From the NCBI GenBank assembly GCA_044356215.1, contig JBIKWQ010000027.1:1-41638 (forward strand): 41,638 bases of DNA. Direction: 5' to 3'. Within the stretch, counting starts at the first letter, position 1; the number at the start of each line of letters is the position of its first letter. Below, in pieces: positions 27,714 through 38,040 of this stretch. The notes under the pieces were generated by a model. That model did not search any database, was not told where the DNA came from, and was given only the letters and a program-made list of their open reading frames with translations. The DNA is from Bdellovibrionota bacterium. GTDB taxonomy: Bacteria > Bdellovibrionota_C > UBA2361 > OMII01. The translations under genes were made by a program, and so were the position numbers.

Positions 27714-30131
27714 CTAGATGTTGGGTAATCCGGAGGTAGAGTTAGGATGATTTAGGCACTCGTGTTCCGGTTCAGTTCCCGCCACAAATATCTCATTGAT
27801 CACCCTAGACCGCGGACAGGAATCGGTCGCTCTGAGGCCGCTATCTTGGTCGATAGCTACATTTCGCGCTTCTCGGGGAGGGATGAAAGCCGGTGTGTTC
27901 AGGTACGGCGCCGCGCACGCCATAAAATCACCCCAGATAGGTGCCGCTGCTCCACCTCCAGTGAGCTTTGTTGGTGAGTTGTCATCAAGGCCTACCCAGA
28001 CACCAGTTACTAGAGTCGGGGTAAAGGCGACGAACCAGGCATCCCTTGAGCTGTCGGATGTCCCGGTCTTGCCGGCGGCTGGAGCGCTAAATCCCTTCGC
28101 TCTGGCGGCCTTACCTGTCCCTCTCTCTATGACTCCCTGCAGAATATTGGTCAGCACATATGTTGCGGCCTCGTCAGCTACGCGCTTCTCGCGAACCTTG
28201 GCCGAGCTCAGCCGCTCGTTTTCGCTGTCGAGAGCTACTGAATAGAGTCGAGGTTCGACGAATATGCCCCCATTGGCCAACGCTCCGTATGCGCTTGTCA
28301 GCCTGAGTAGGTTTGTATCGAGCGCGCCTAGGGCGAGTGATGGAACAGGGCTGAAATCCTTCGCTGATATCTCAAAGCCTTGAAGAGCTCTCTTAATGGC
28401 TGGAAGCCCGACCCTCTCAGCGATGTAGAGCGCTGGCATATTAAGAGAGTTCTCAAGGGCGTAGCGAACTGTGACGTCACCTCGATAATCGTGGTCAAAA
28501 TTCTCTGGGTTCCAGGCTTTTTGTCCCTTGCTTTTAAACTCCATCGGCTTGTCTTCGACGATGCTGGCGGCGGTGGCGACCTTGTATGAATTAAGTGAGC
28601 CATCGAGAGCCGTCAGATATAAGAAGGGCTTTACTGTGGAGCCTATCTGGCGTGTCGATTGAGTAACTCTGTTAAATTGACTCTCAGAGAAATCTCGTCC
28701 ACCAACCCACGCTTTGATTAGGCCCGAGTAAGGTTCAATCGCTACAAGAGTTGATTCAAGGCGCGAACCTTGCCGTGAGAGGCTTGGATTCGTCTTCTCT
28801 ATCTCTGCGGCCCCGTGCTCAACGGCCTGCTCTGCGCACCTTTGAAGGCTTAAGTCTAATCCGGTGTAAACTGAGAGCCCTGACCGCGCCGCGTTCTCTA
28901 GATCAAGAGTCTCAGAAAGTTTGGATTCGAGCTCGGCTGTAAAGAATGGCGCGAGTCTGCGGTGCTCCTGTTGGGTGACTGTTTTGATCGGCCTGCTCTT
29001 AGCGACTGTAAATTCAGCTTCGGTTATGTTTCCTGTTTCAAGCATCTTGCGTAGAACTGTGTCGCGCCTTTCGCGAGCTCGATCTGGAAACCGTCGCGGG
29101 TTGTAGCTGCTTGGAGCCTTAATTATGCCAGCTAATGTCGCGGCTTCTTCAAGGCGCAGGTCCTCAAGATTCTTGCCGAAAAAAGCTGATGCCGCTTCAG
29201 GCATGCCGTGAATAGCGACAGAACCTTCCTGACCGAGGTAGACCTCGTTGAGATACAGCTCCAGGATCTGCTGTTTTGATAAGTGACGCTCTATACTCAG
29301 GGCAGTAGGAACCTCCAGAAGTTTTCGGGTAAAGGTCTTCTTTGGTGAGAGGAATAGGTTCTTCGCGAGTTGTTGAGTTAGGGTGCTGCCACCCTCAGCG
29401 AATCTTAGGGCCATTATATTTCTCACAACAGCTCGTGCGATGCTGTATGGATCGAGGCCAAAATGTTTATAAAAGCGCTCATCTTCGATTGAAAGTACGG
29501 CATTTTGAACGATAGCAGGCATTGATGAAAGCGGCACATAACTACTCGCTCTGCTGTCGGCCGAGCCGATATATGAAACTACCTGAGGTTCAATCAGGAA
29601 GCGCCTCGGAGATGATTCGGCCCCACTCCAATCAATTGCTTCCTTTCTAGCAGGGATAGATTGTCCTAGGTGATCGGTAAACGCCCTGGCAAAAACGGTG
29701 ATAGCTCTCTGGGATATTGAGAAATCCCCCGGCCTTGAGGGAGTCGCGGATACTTCAGAGTAGCGTCGTTCGGCTAAGGCGGCGCGGACAGACGTAGCGT
29801 TCTTAACTGAATAGTCGCCCAGGCGCGACATGAAGCCGCTAAGATCAAAGGGAGCCGAAAGGATAACAGGGAGTTTCGGATTGTGGATTGAATTAAGTCT
29901 GGCGGTAACTTTTCTATCAACGGAGGACCAGGCCGCGTAAATCATCGCCGCACAGAGCATAACTAGGGGTAATATGAAGGTGCGCAACCTTCGACGGGGT
30001 CGCTTGGGTGGAGATGATTTCTTCAGTTTCTTAGGTCTTTGCGGGGCTGTCTTACGCTTGGTTCGGACCTGTCCCTTTATCGGCCTGCGGCGTCTCTTGG
30101 TCGGCGGCTTCGGTGGGGGGATATCTCTCAT
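27714..30131 (-). CDS. mrcB: Class A penicillin-binding protein (PBP1B-like)
   Basis: Transglycosylase EDERFYKH.G and GGSTLTQQLAKN; transpeptidase STVK, SLN, KTG; basic N-tail plus TM. Confidence 0.88.
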   Translation of the reverse strand: MRDIPPPKPPTKRRRRPIKGQVRTKRKTAPQRPKKLKKSSPPKRPRRRLRTFILPLVMLCAAMIYAAWSSVDRKVTARLNSIHNPKLPVILSAPFDLSGFMSRLGDYSVKNATSVRAALAERRYSEVSATPSRPGDFSISQRAITVFARAFTDHLGQSIPARKEAIDWSGAESSPRRFLIEPQVVSYIGSADSRASSYVPLSSMPAIVQNAVLSIEDERFYKHFGLDPYSIARAVVRNIMALRFAEGGSTLTQQLAKNLFLSPKKTFTRKLLEVPTALSIERHLSKQQILELYLNEVYLGQEGSVAIHGMPEAASAFFGKNLEDLRLEEAATLAGIIKAPSSYNPRRFPDRARERRDTVLRKMLETGNITEAEFTVAKSRPIKTVTQQEHRRLAPFFTAELESKLSETLDLENAARSGLSVYTGLDLSLQRCAEQAVEHGAAEIEKTNPSLSRQGSRLESTLVAIEPYSGLIKAWVGGRDFSESQFNRVTQSTRQIGSTVKPFLYLTALDGSLNSYKVATAASIVEDKPMEFKSKGQKAWNPENFDHDYRGDVTVRYALENSLNMPALYIAERVGLPAIKRALQGFEISAKDFSPVPSLALGALDTNLLRLTSAYGALANGGIFVEPRLYSVALDSENERLSSAKVREKRVADEAATYVLTNILQGVIERGTGKAARAKGFSAPAAGKTGTSDSSRDAWFVAFTPTLVTGVWVGLDDNSPTKLTGGGAAAPIWGDFMACAAPYLNTPAFIPPREARNVAIDQDSGLRATDSCPRSRVINEIFVAGTEPEHECLNHPNSTSGLPNI

Positions 30132-30270
30132 GGATTATACAACTGAAACACTTCCTACTTGACAGAGTCTCGCATGCGGTGCGCGCATTCGCCAATCGGA
30201 AATATGCCGACTGGCTAGACCTAATAAATGCTGGTTTAATAGGGCGAGTATCTTTAGCAAGAGCAGTTTT

Positions 30271-30885
30271 ATGATAAGCAGATTACGTGGGGCAGTAGTT
30301 GAGATCGAGGGGGACTCAGCGACCCTGGATGTGCAAGGAGTAGGGTATGCTGTGACATGCACAAGCGCGCTTTTGCGGCGATTAGAGGAGAACCAGGAGT
30401 GTTGCATTTGCATTCACACTGACGTACGTGAGGATTCAATAAGGTTTTTTGGCTTCGACTCAAAAGCTGAGCGGCAGATGTTCACACTCCTTAACAAGGT
30501 TTCCGGTATGGGACCACGCTCATCCTTGGACGTAATATCAAATGTATCTATTCGAGAATTATTACACGCCATCGGTGCTGGCGATGTGCAAGGCTTAATG
30601 AAAATTAAAGGGGTAGGACGTAAGAAGGCTGAAAGGATCGTAGTTGAGCTGCGAGACCTGGTCGGCTCAATGGCTGATGAGCGGGCATCCGTGGCCCGCT
30701 CTGGAGAGGGTGAGTCCGGAATTAGGTCATCAATTAAGCCGGTTTCTACCGATGCCGTGGCAGCTCTTGAGGTCCTCGGATTCCCGCGCCGAGACGCTGA
30801 AGTGGCCGTAGCGAAGGCTGTTGAAGGTGGCTGGGGGCAGGGAGAAGTTGGCGATTTAGTTAGGGAAGCTCTGAGGTTCGTTTAG
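30271..30885 (+). CDS. ruvA: Holliday junction branch migration protein RuvA
   Basis: MIS.LRG, DV.GVGY, VRED...FFGF, GMGPR, GVG.K.AERI.VEL, AL..LGF. Confidence 0.97.
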   Translation: MISRLRGAVVEIEGDSATLDVQGVGYAVTCTSALLRRLEENQECCICIHTDVREDSIRFFGFDSKAERQMFTLLNKVSGMGPRSSLDVISNVSIRELLHAIGAGDVQGLMKIKGVGRKKAERIVVELRDLVGSMADERASVARSGEGESGIRSSIKPVSTDAVAALEVLGFPRRDAEVAVAKAVEGGWGQGEVGDLVREALRFV

Positions 30886-30962
30886 TTGCCCAAAACCCTG
30901 TTCACAGGGCAGGTTAGAGGGTAAGCTCGAGGCTTAAGTTCTGTTGGGATTTTTAAGAAAGC

Positions 30963-32051
30963 ATGAGTGGAGACGACGATCTAGAGATTTGGGGAGAGGG
31001 GGAGATCGGAGATGCTCCTTCCGCTGGGCGACTTTCTGACGCGCACGCCGATGATGATGAAGCGTTAGTAGTTTCGCTCCGCCCGAGTCGCTTTGATGAT
31101 TATGTCGGGCAAGATCACGTCAAAGGTAATCTGCAGATCTCATGTTCAGCCACTAAGCGGCGTGGAGAGGCGATGGACCACGTGCTCCTACACGGACCTC
31201 CTGGATTGGGAAAGACCTCGCTGGCGCGGATTGTGGCGGCTGAACTAGGTGTTGGTTTTAAGAGCACGTCAGGGCCCGCAATTGAGCGACCGGGGGATCT
31301 CGCCGCTATCTTAACTTCTCTTTCAGATAAGGATGTTCTGTTTATTGACGAGATCCATCGACTCTCGCGTGCCATTGAGGAAGTTCTCTATCCAGCGATG
31401 GAGGATTTTGAGCTCGATATAATTATAGGCCAAGGGCAAGCCGCGAGATCGGTAAAGATACCTCTAAAGCCATTTACATTAGTTGGAGCGACTACCCGCT
31501 CAGGTTCTCTTACATCTCCTTTAAGGGATAGGTTTGGTATCGTTCACAGATTGGATTTTTACTCGGATGAAGATCTATCGAGGATAGTCGCGCGTTCCGC
31601 GGGTATTCTTGGAATTGAGTGCGATCAGATGGCGAGCAATGAGATAGCCTCAAGATCTCGTGGAACACCGAGGATCGCTAATCGTCTTCTTAAACGCGCG
31701 AGAGATTACGCCGAGGAGCTGGCGGGAGGTAAGTTGACATCGGAGGTGGCGGCAAAGGCCCTTGAGCTACTTGAGATCGATTCAGAGGGCTTAGATCGTA
31801 CTGATCGAGCGTTACTTACCCTTATTATAGATAAGTTTGAGGGAGGCCCGGTTGGAATTGAGACGATCGCCGCCGCTTTGGGCGAGGATCGCGATACGAT
31901 TGAGGATGTATTTGAGCCTTATCTCCTTCAGGAGGGGTTTCTGGCGCGCACAAAACGTGGTCGTGAGGTTACTGACAGGGCCTATCACCACCTCGGCAAA
32001 AAGCTGACTAATCGGTCAGCTCAAGGAGCTTTATTTGAGAGAAATGATTGA
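30963..32051 (+). CDS. ruvB: Holliday junction branch migration helicase RuvB
   Basis: [46 protein letters not shown]. Confidence 0.99.
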   Translation: MSGDDDLEIWGEGEIGDAPSAGRLSDAHADDDEALVVSLRPSRFDDYVGQDHVKGNLQISCSATKRRGEAMDHVLLHGPPGLGKTSLARIVAAELGVGFKSTSGPAIERPGDLAAILTSLSDKDVLFIDEIHRLSRAIEEVLYPAMEDFELDIIIGQGQAARSVKIPLKPFTLVGATTRSGSLTSPLRDRFGIVHRLDFYSDEDLSRIVARSAGILGIECDQMASNEIASRSRGTPRIANRLLKRARDYAEELAGGKLTSEVAAKALELLEIDSEGLDRTDRALLTLIIDKFEGGPVGIETIAAALGEDRDTIEDVFEPYLLQEGFLARTKRGREVTDRAYHHLGKKLTNRSAQGALFERND

Positions 32052-32063
32052 GGCGAAAATAAA

Positions 32064-32639
32064 ATGCTAGCTCTGACTCGTAGCCTCTTGGGGATCTTTC
32101 TGACACCGCTTGTACCGCTAGCGTTGATCGATGTTAATTGGTCCACTAATCGTCAGGAGAGTATCAACATCGGAGCGCCGACGCGCGCGGCCGATATACA
32201 GGCGTGCTTAGAAAGCTCTCTCAAGGCGCGGCTGCGATTTGAGGTGCGACTTTGCCGGAAGCGCTCGGGTTGGTTTGATCACTGCGAGGACGCCCGTTCG
32301 GAGCTGCATACGGCTACATACGATGAGGTTACAGAGAGCTACCGAGTAGTCGCGGATAGGTTGAACGACGATGGAGAGCCGATCTCTGTAGAGGTCCCCA
32401 CAAGAGGTGAGGCGATAAAGCTCGTAACAGCTATTGAGAATTTTCCGATGAGCTTTTTGACCAGGGAAGAGCCAGAGATCCTCAAGCACTCAGGTGCCTA
32501 CCTTCAGGTGCGAACGGTATTTACTTGTCGCGGTAATTCCTCTCGTCCGTTCGCGCACATATCTAGGATCCTAACGCTTGGATTACTAAACAACGTAGAA
32601 AACCTCTCTGAGTGGAGTGACTTCGGTCTACATAAGTAG
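32064..32639 (+). CDS. DUF4390-like exported protein
   Basis: Signal-like leader, FEV.L.R.RS.WFD, YD.VT..YRV; sits directly before an NtrY-like kinase. Confidence 0.7.
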   Translation: MLALTRSLLGIFLTPLVPLALIDVNWSTNRQESINIGAPTRAADIQACLESSLKARLRFEVRLCRKRSGWFDHCEDARSELHTATYDEVTESYRVVADRLNDDGEPISVEVPTRGEAIKLVTAIENFPMSFLTREEPEILKHSGAYLQVRTVFTCRGNSSRPFAHISRILTLGLLNNVENLSEWSDFGLHK

Positions 32640-32654
32640 ACCCTATAATCACGG

Positions 32655-34868
32655 ATGGATTTTTGTATGACTGAGAGGCTGGCAAAAAGATACAGGACAG
32701 CGCTCGTGGCATGCGCTTCGCTGCTTCTTGTTGTAACGGCCGCGCTCATAATGAGCTGGCGCGCCGATGAGGAGGCGTTCTTTAGTAACATCGCGCTATT
32801 CTCCCTAATTAACCTGAATATCCTGGCACTCTTGGCCCTGATTATCTTGGTAGGCCGAAACGTCATAAAACTTATATTTGAACGTAAGCGGGGCATATTA
32901 GGCTCAAAGCTTAAGTCGAGATTAGTTGGATCGTTTGTACTGATCGCGCTTATCCCGATGACTCTATCTTTTATAGTAGCTAGCGGTCTGATTAACCAAG
33001 CGATTCAGGGGTGGTTTAACACGCAGATGGAGTCTCTCGTCTCTAGCTCGTTAAACCTGGCTAGGCAGTACGTCTCGCAATCAAAAGCAGCCACGCGAGG
33101 AGCCTCGAGGAGAATACAGAGAGACCTTTTGAGCCTTGGTGATTGGAGCGTTGCTAACTCGGAGAAGACCCGCGATCGACTTGAGCAGCTGAGGCACTTT
33201 AACGATCTCTTCTCAATCCGCATCATCACCAGAGATGGTCAAGTGCTAAATCAGGCGTCTCATGCCGCCGCTGAGGTTGAGTCCTTCTCGGAACCACCTA
33301 TTGAGACCGAGACCCTTAAGAAGGTCACGCCAAGTGATACTATCCTAAGAATAGAGGAACTGGGCGCGAGTCAGTTCGTGCGTGTTTATCAGTCAATCGG
33401 GGACGCGGTGCTTGTTTCTTCATACAGAATGAACCCTGAGATGGTGCATGCTCAGGGCGTGGTGAATGACGCGTATAATGAGTATGGAGATCTTAAGTCG
33501 GTCAAGGACCCACTGAAGGCTAATTTCTTCCTTATTCTAGGACTCTTTAATTTGCTAACGTTATTCGGCGCTATTTGGGGCGCATTTTTTATCTCAAAGC
33601 AGATTACGGGACCGATCCAGCTTTTGGCTGAGGGAACAAGAAATATCGCCAGGGGGAATTATGATTTTCCGCTTCCTGAGCCAACGAGGGATGATGAGAT
33701 CGGGTATTTAATGAGATCATTTAATCAGATGGTCAGCGATCTTAATCAGTCCAAGAGTGAAGCCGAGAGGCGCGGAAGCTTAATTGAGGCGATCGTTACC
33801 AACCTTGGAGTTGGAGTTGTCGCGTTGGATAGTGAAAAACGGGTGAACGCCGTAAATACGGCGGCTCGTGGTATTTTGGGAATTCTAAAAAGTGAAGTCG
33901 AATGCTCAGGACAACAGTTATCAGAGGTTGTTCCACCGGAGAGCTATCGGCAGCTAGCGCCGTTGGTTGCTACGCTTGAGCATCAGCAGGCTGGTAATGA
34001 GTCGAAGTCGATCTCTGAGGGCGAGCTGAGAGTAAGAAGGGAATCAAGAGAGCTGATAGTTGTCTGTACCGCAGGTCGGATACATAGCTCCGCTAGTTCG
34101 AGTGCGGGTTACGTTCTTCTTTTAGACGACGTGACTGAGATATCACGAGCGCAACACTTAGCGGCGTGGCGTGATGTAGCCCGACGGATAGCTCACGAGA
34201 TTAAGAACCCGCTGACTCCGCTCCAGCTATCAGCGCAGCGATTGGAGAAGCTACTTGACGGAAGAGATGTATCGCAAGCAGTGAATGAATCCACGAAATC
34301 AATAGTTGAGCATGTGGCTATTATAAAGCGTTTGGCTAACGAGTTTTCGGAGTATGGCAGGATGCCTACTGCGCGCTTCGCGCCGTCTGATCTAGATGCG
34401 GTTACTCGAGGCGTATATGAATCGTTTAGAATAGATCACCCAGATATTCGGTTCTCGTATCTACTAAAGTCAAAACCACCAGAGATGTTGCTTGATCCGG
34501 ATCAGGTTCGAGGTGTGTTGATTAACATCTTTGCCAACGCAGTCGCGGCAGTGCGCAGTGATGGTGTGCCATCTGATAGTCGAGAGATATCGGTGTTGCT
34601 CGATTTTGATCGGCGAAGCTCAAAGGCCCAACTTGAGGTATCAGATAACGGTCCGGGAGTGGCGGCATCCGATAAGAACCGGATCTTCGAGCCGTATTTT
34701 ACAACTAAGAAGGGGGGAACTGGCTTGGGGTTGGCTATCGTAAGTTCTGTTGTTTCAGATCATCAAGGCGAGCTAGCAGTGATTGATAATACTCCTCGCG
34801 GGGCTAAATTCCTGATAACACTCCCACAACACCCGCAGCATACTACGCTGCGAAGGATTGGCGGGTAG
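32655..34868 (+). CDS. NtrY-like sensor histidine kinase (TM, HAMP, PAS, HisKA, HATPase)
   Basis: GSKL..RLV..F, DDEIG.L..SFNQM, AWRDVARRIAHEIKNPLTP.QLSAQRL, DNGPG, FEPYFTTK..GTGLGL. Confidence 0.93.
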   Translation: MDFCMTERLAKRYRTALVACASLLLVVTAALIMSWRADEEAFFSNIALFSLINLNILALLALIILVGRNVIKLIFERKRGILGSKLKSRLVGSFVLIALIPMTLSFIVASGLINQAIQGWFNTQMESLVSSSLNLARQYVSQSKAATRGASRRIQRDLLSLGDWSVANSEKTRDRLEQLRHFNDLFSIRIITRDGQVLNQASHAAAEVESFSEPPIETETLKKVTPSDTILRIEELGASQFVRVYQSIGDAVLVSSYRMNPEMVHAQGVVNDAYNEYGDLKSVKDPLKANFFLILGLFNLLTLFGAIWGAFFISKQITGPIQLLAEGTRNIARGNYDFPLPEPTRDDEIGYLMRSFNQMVSDLNQSKSEAERRGSLIEAIVTNLGVGVVALDSEKRVNAVNTAARGILGILKSEVECSGQQLSEVVPPESYRQLAPLVATLEHQQAGNESKSISEGELRVRRESRELIVVCTAGRIHSSASSSAGYVLLLDDVTEISRAQHLAAWRDVARRIAHEIKNPLTPLQLSAQRLEKLLDGRDVSQAVNESTKSIVEHVAIIKRLANEFSEYGRMPTARFAPSDLDAVTRGVYESFRIDHPDIRFSYLLKSKPPEMLLDPDQVRGVLINIFANAVAAVRSDGVPSDSREISVLLDFDRRSSKAQLEVSDNGPGVAASDKNRIFEPYFTTKKGGTGLGLAIVSSVVSDHQGELAVIDNTPRGAKFLITLPQHPQHTTLRRIGG

Positions 34869-34948
34869 AACTTCCTCATGGCGCCGGTGCGTGATTCAAC
34901 TTACAATCTAAAGAGAGTTGTAAAACGTACCGCAATTAAAGTCTCAAT

Positions 34949-35941
34949 ATGATCCCAACCCAAACCCTAAGCCGTTTTATTCTCAGTCAGCGACGACTTC
35001 ACCCCAACAGCTCCGGCGAACTCTCTGATCTCCTCGTATCGATCTCGCTCGCTGTGAAACTAATTTCTCAGATGGTGGCGACCGCGGGGTTCAAGGGGCT
35101 TCACGGATATACTGGCAAGATCAATGTGCACGGAGAGGAGACTAAGAAGTTAGATGAGGATGCGGATGAGGTGCTGGTGGAGTTGCTCGGATCTTCTGGA
35201 CACTTCGGTCTTTTGGTTTCAGAGGAGCGAGATACTGTAATCGCTACTCAAGCAACGCGGAACGAAGGTAAGTATGTTATAGCGTTTGATCCGTTGGATG
35301 GCTCTTCAAATATCGGCTCTAACATCCCGACAGGTACGATATTCTGTATCTTTAGAAGGGCGGATCTCGCGGTGCCAGCTAGCGACCGCGATTTCTGCCA
35401 GGGGCGGGGGTCTTTAGTCGCGGCAGGATATTCTGTCTATGGCGCGAAGACCTCATTTGTATATTCAGCGGGATCGGGGGTGCACGGTTTTACTCTAGAT
35501 CCAACGATAGGTGAATTCGTTTTAACCGAGGAGAGTATCAAGATCCCCGAGCGTGGAAGTATCTTCAGTATAAACGAGGGCAATACCTGTTGGTGGAATG
35601 ATAGTACTAAGAAATTCCTAGATGAGATAAAGGCCGGGAACCTTAACGCGCAGACGCCATACTCAGCTCGTTATGTAGGCTCACTGGTCGCTGACTTTGA
35701 CCGGACTATCAGAAGAGGCGGGATATTTTTATATCCGGTTGATAATCGTCGATCAAAGGGGCGGCTTCGTTTGCTCTATGAGTGTATTCCGTTGGCCTTT
35801 ATAGCTGAACAAGCCGGCGGTTTAGCCACAGATGGATCGCGTGATATCTTAAGTATAATCCCAAGCGATATTCATCAGAGATCCGCTTTGATTACCGGGA
35901 GTCCATTTGAGATGAAGTGGTATGGCAGGGTTTGCGGGTAG
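34949..35941 (+). CDS. fbp: Fructose-1,6-bisphosphatase class 1
   Basis: NVHGE..KKLD, SEE, FDPLDGSSNI, SINEGN, RYVGSLVADF.R, LRLLYEC.PLAF. Confidence 0.97.
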   Translation: MIPTQTLSRFILSQRRLHPNSSGELSDLLVSISLAVKLISQMVATAGFKGLHGYTGKINVHGEETKKLDEDADEVLVELLGSSGHFGLLVSEERDTVIATQATRNEGKYVIAFDPLDGSSNIGSNIPTGTIFCIFRRADLAVPASDRDFCQGRGSLVAAGYSVYGAKTSFVYSAGSGVHGFTLDPTIGEFVLTEESIKIPERGSIFSINEGNTCWWNDSTKKFLDEIKAGNLNAQTPYSARYVGSLVADFDRTIRRGGIFLYPVDNRRSKGRLRLLYECIPLAFIAEQAGGLATDGSRDILSIIPSDIHQRSALITGSPFEMKWYGRVCG

Positions 35942-35945
35942 TTGC

Positions 35946-35969
35946 AAATATTTTTACCCCAGAGGACAC
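35946..35969 (+). repeat. Relic fragment of MITE family A
   Basis: AAATATTTTTACCCCAGAGGACAC matches the reverse complement of copy 3 at 22/24. Confidence 0.6.
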
Positions 35970-36059
35970 GTCGTTATCTCGTCCAACGTTTAGCGTAAAC
36001 GACATGCGTCCAACGTAAAACGCCCTACGCATGTCGCATGTCGTTCCGGTTTTGACTTG

Positions 36060-37142
36060 CTACGCCCCACCATTCCCGACAATCTCCTCAAAGACCCTGT
36101 AAGTTTCTTGAATGGTGTTATCGACATTAAAGGTAGTAGCTATCCTCTCGGCTCCAGCTTGACCCAGCTTTTTTCTTAAGTCAGAGTCCTTCCATATCTT
36201 GCGGATATTATCAGCTAACGATCTCGGATCGCATGGGTTTGCTAGTAAACCCGCCTCACCATGACCCACTAATTCGGGCATTCCGCCCACAGCAGTTACA
36301 ATAGCTGGTACCCCCTGAGCCATCGCCTCAATTACTGACTTCGGAAAACCCTCTCTATTCTTGGAAGCCATTACTGTTACATCAGCTAATCGCGCTAGCC
36401 TTGTCGCGTCATCTCGGAATCCCGTTAGTCTGAGACGTTCTTGATACCGAAATGCTTTGATAGCCCGCTCGATATCAGGGTCTTTTATGGAGCCCACTAA
36501 TAAAAGATAAAGATCTGGGATCTCCGCGGCTAGAATCGCACATGCTTCGATAAGATCATCTACTCCTTTAACCGCGCGCATGACCGCTGTGCAGCCTACG
36601 ACAAACGCATCCTCTGGAATATTAAACTCGGCACGACGTGGTGGCTCGGTTATCTGGTACCACTCCGGTCTATGACCTTTATAGATCGTAATAAGTCGAC
36701 TCGCTGGGATTCCAACGCTAGCAAGGTAGGATTCTACGGCTTTAGACACGCACAGGATTTTGGTGACTCGCTTGTTTAAATAGGTGAACCACGATGTCGG
36801 ATCAAACCAGCTAATGTGTCCAACCGTTCCCCTGTATGCGACAATTGAAACCGGAACTCCGAGTAGGCCGATAACAGCGCTTGATAATGCTCTATTTGAT
36901 AGCGCATAAACTATCTGGACCCCGCGCTCCCTTATCAAGCGACGCAGAAAACGCATACCAGCGAGATCGAATCTTGTCTTAAATTCGTATTCAATAACCT
37001 CTATTCCGGCGGCGTCCAGAGTTTTTCGGTGATCTGGGGCTGGCTTTGCTAAAACAGTAACTTGAGCCCCAAGTCGTGCCAGGCCAGCAAAAATAGCGGC
37101 TTCAGGTCTGTCGAGCGATGTGGCAAGAGCTAGGATGCGCAT
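36060..37142 (-). CDS. Glycosyltransferase family 4 (GT-B)
   Basis: KGVDDLIEA, GFRDD, EGFPKSVIEAMA.GVP.I.T.VGG.PE. Confidence 0.95.
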   Translation of the reverse strand: MRILALATSLDRPEAAIFAGLARLGAQVTVLAKPAPDHRKTLDAAGIEVIEYEFKTRFDLAGMRFLRRLIRERGVQIVYALSNRALSSAVIGLLGVPVSIVAYRGTVGHISWFDPTSWFTYLNKRVTKILCVSKAVESYLASVGIPASRLITIYKGHRPEWYQITEPPRRAEFNIPEDAFVVGCTAVMRAVKGVDDLIEACAILAAEIPDLYLLLVGSIKDPDIERAIKAFRYQERLRLTGFRDDATRLARLADVTVMASKNREGFPKSVIEAMAQGVPAIVTAVGGMPELVGHGEAGLLANPCDPRSLADNIRKIWKDSDLRKKLGQAGAERIATTFNVDNTIQETYRVFEEIVGNGGA

Positions 37143-37170
37143 AGGATCGTTCTGGCTCTATAGCTAAATT

Positions 37171-37569
37171 TTAGCGGGAAAGAAAGACCTGCTCTTTTTC
37201 GCATGGCTGGGTAAGCGATAGATAACCAGATAGTACCTTTGCCATAACATCTCCCACACCAAAGACCGTCTTCAGAGCTTCCTGCTCGCCACCCTTCGAG
37301 GCGATATCGTGCAGCTCTCGATCCCGCTCAATAAGTTCAGCCGCTACTCGGCCAGGAAGTCTGGGGATTAACTCTATAGTTGATTGGTCGGCACATGTAA
37401 TGGGGACCCTTAATCCTAGAGAAAAAGCCGTCTCGTTATCTCGAGCGTCAACAGCGATTGTCTTGGCTAGACGCGCAGGCGCAAACAATTGGTGGAGACG
37501 CTCTGCGACCGTGACAGAAAGAGAGAATAATATTATTAATGCCGCTAAGTGAGCGTAACGTGAGTTCAT
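37171..37569 (-). CDS. ComEA-like membrane protein with degenerate helix-hairpin-helix motifs
   Basis: N-terminal TM; VPI..AD...IELIP.L....A..LIE and L..V.GVG patterns. Confidence 0.55.
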   Translation of the reverse strand: MNSRYAHLAALIILFSLSVTVAERLHQLFAPARLAKTIAVDARDNETAFSLGLRVPITCADQSTIELIPRLPGRVAAELIERDRELHDIASKGGEQEALKTVFGVGDVMAKVLSGYLSLTQPCEKEQVFLSR

Positions 37570-37627
37570 AGTGACAAGTATCGGACCGGACTATTGAAAT
37601 GTTGTGTTGAAGAACACTAAAGCCGAG

Positions 37628-37927
37628 CTAGACGATCTTATCAATCCGCTTCTTCCCGTCTTTAGGCTTGCCAGACCCGTCACCCTCACGTTCCTTTGAA
37701 TTCGCTTCGTCCTCAAACGTGCCTTCCACCCGGGCTTCCTCTTGGATGCTCCTATCGTGCCTCTCTTGCACTTGAGTAGCGCTACTAAGAGCACGGACCG
37801 CATTCTGTTGACGCTGAACCCCAGCCTGATTAGACGCCTGAGATGCCCGGTGAAGCTGCGCATTCAACGGGGCGTTCGCCAGCGGCGCGCCGACTATTCC
37901 GATACTCTGGGTTATTAGGTTCGCCAC
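37628..37927 (-). CDS. Small hypothetical protein with C-terminal G..RIDxxV motif
   Basis: 99 aa, strong SD GAGGTG 5 nt before GTG. Confidence 0.7.
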   Translation of the reverse strand: MANLITQSIGIVGAPLANAPLNAQLHRASQASNQAGVQRQQNAVRALSSATQVQERHDRSIQEEARVEGTFEDEANSKEREGDGSGKPKDGKKRIDKIV

Positions 37928-38040
37928 GGGTTCACCTCAACAACATATCCCCAAAAGTTCCCTTATCAGGAGAGTCGGCATTCCCCCGAGTTTGTGTTAG
38001 AATCCTGCGCTAAATGGCCATTTGTAGGGTTTTCCGTTAG

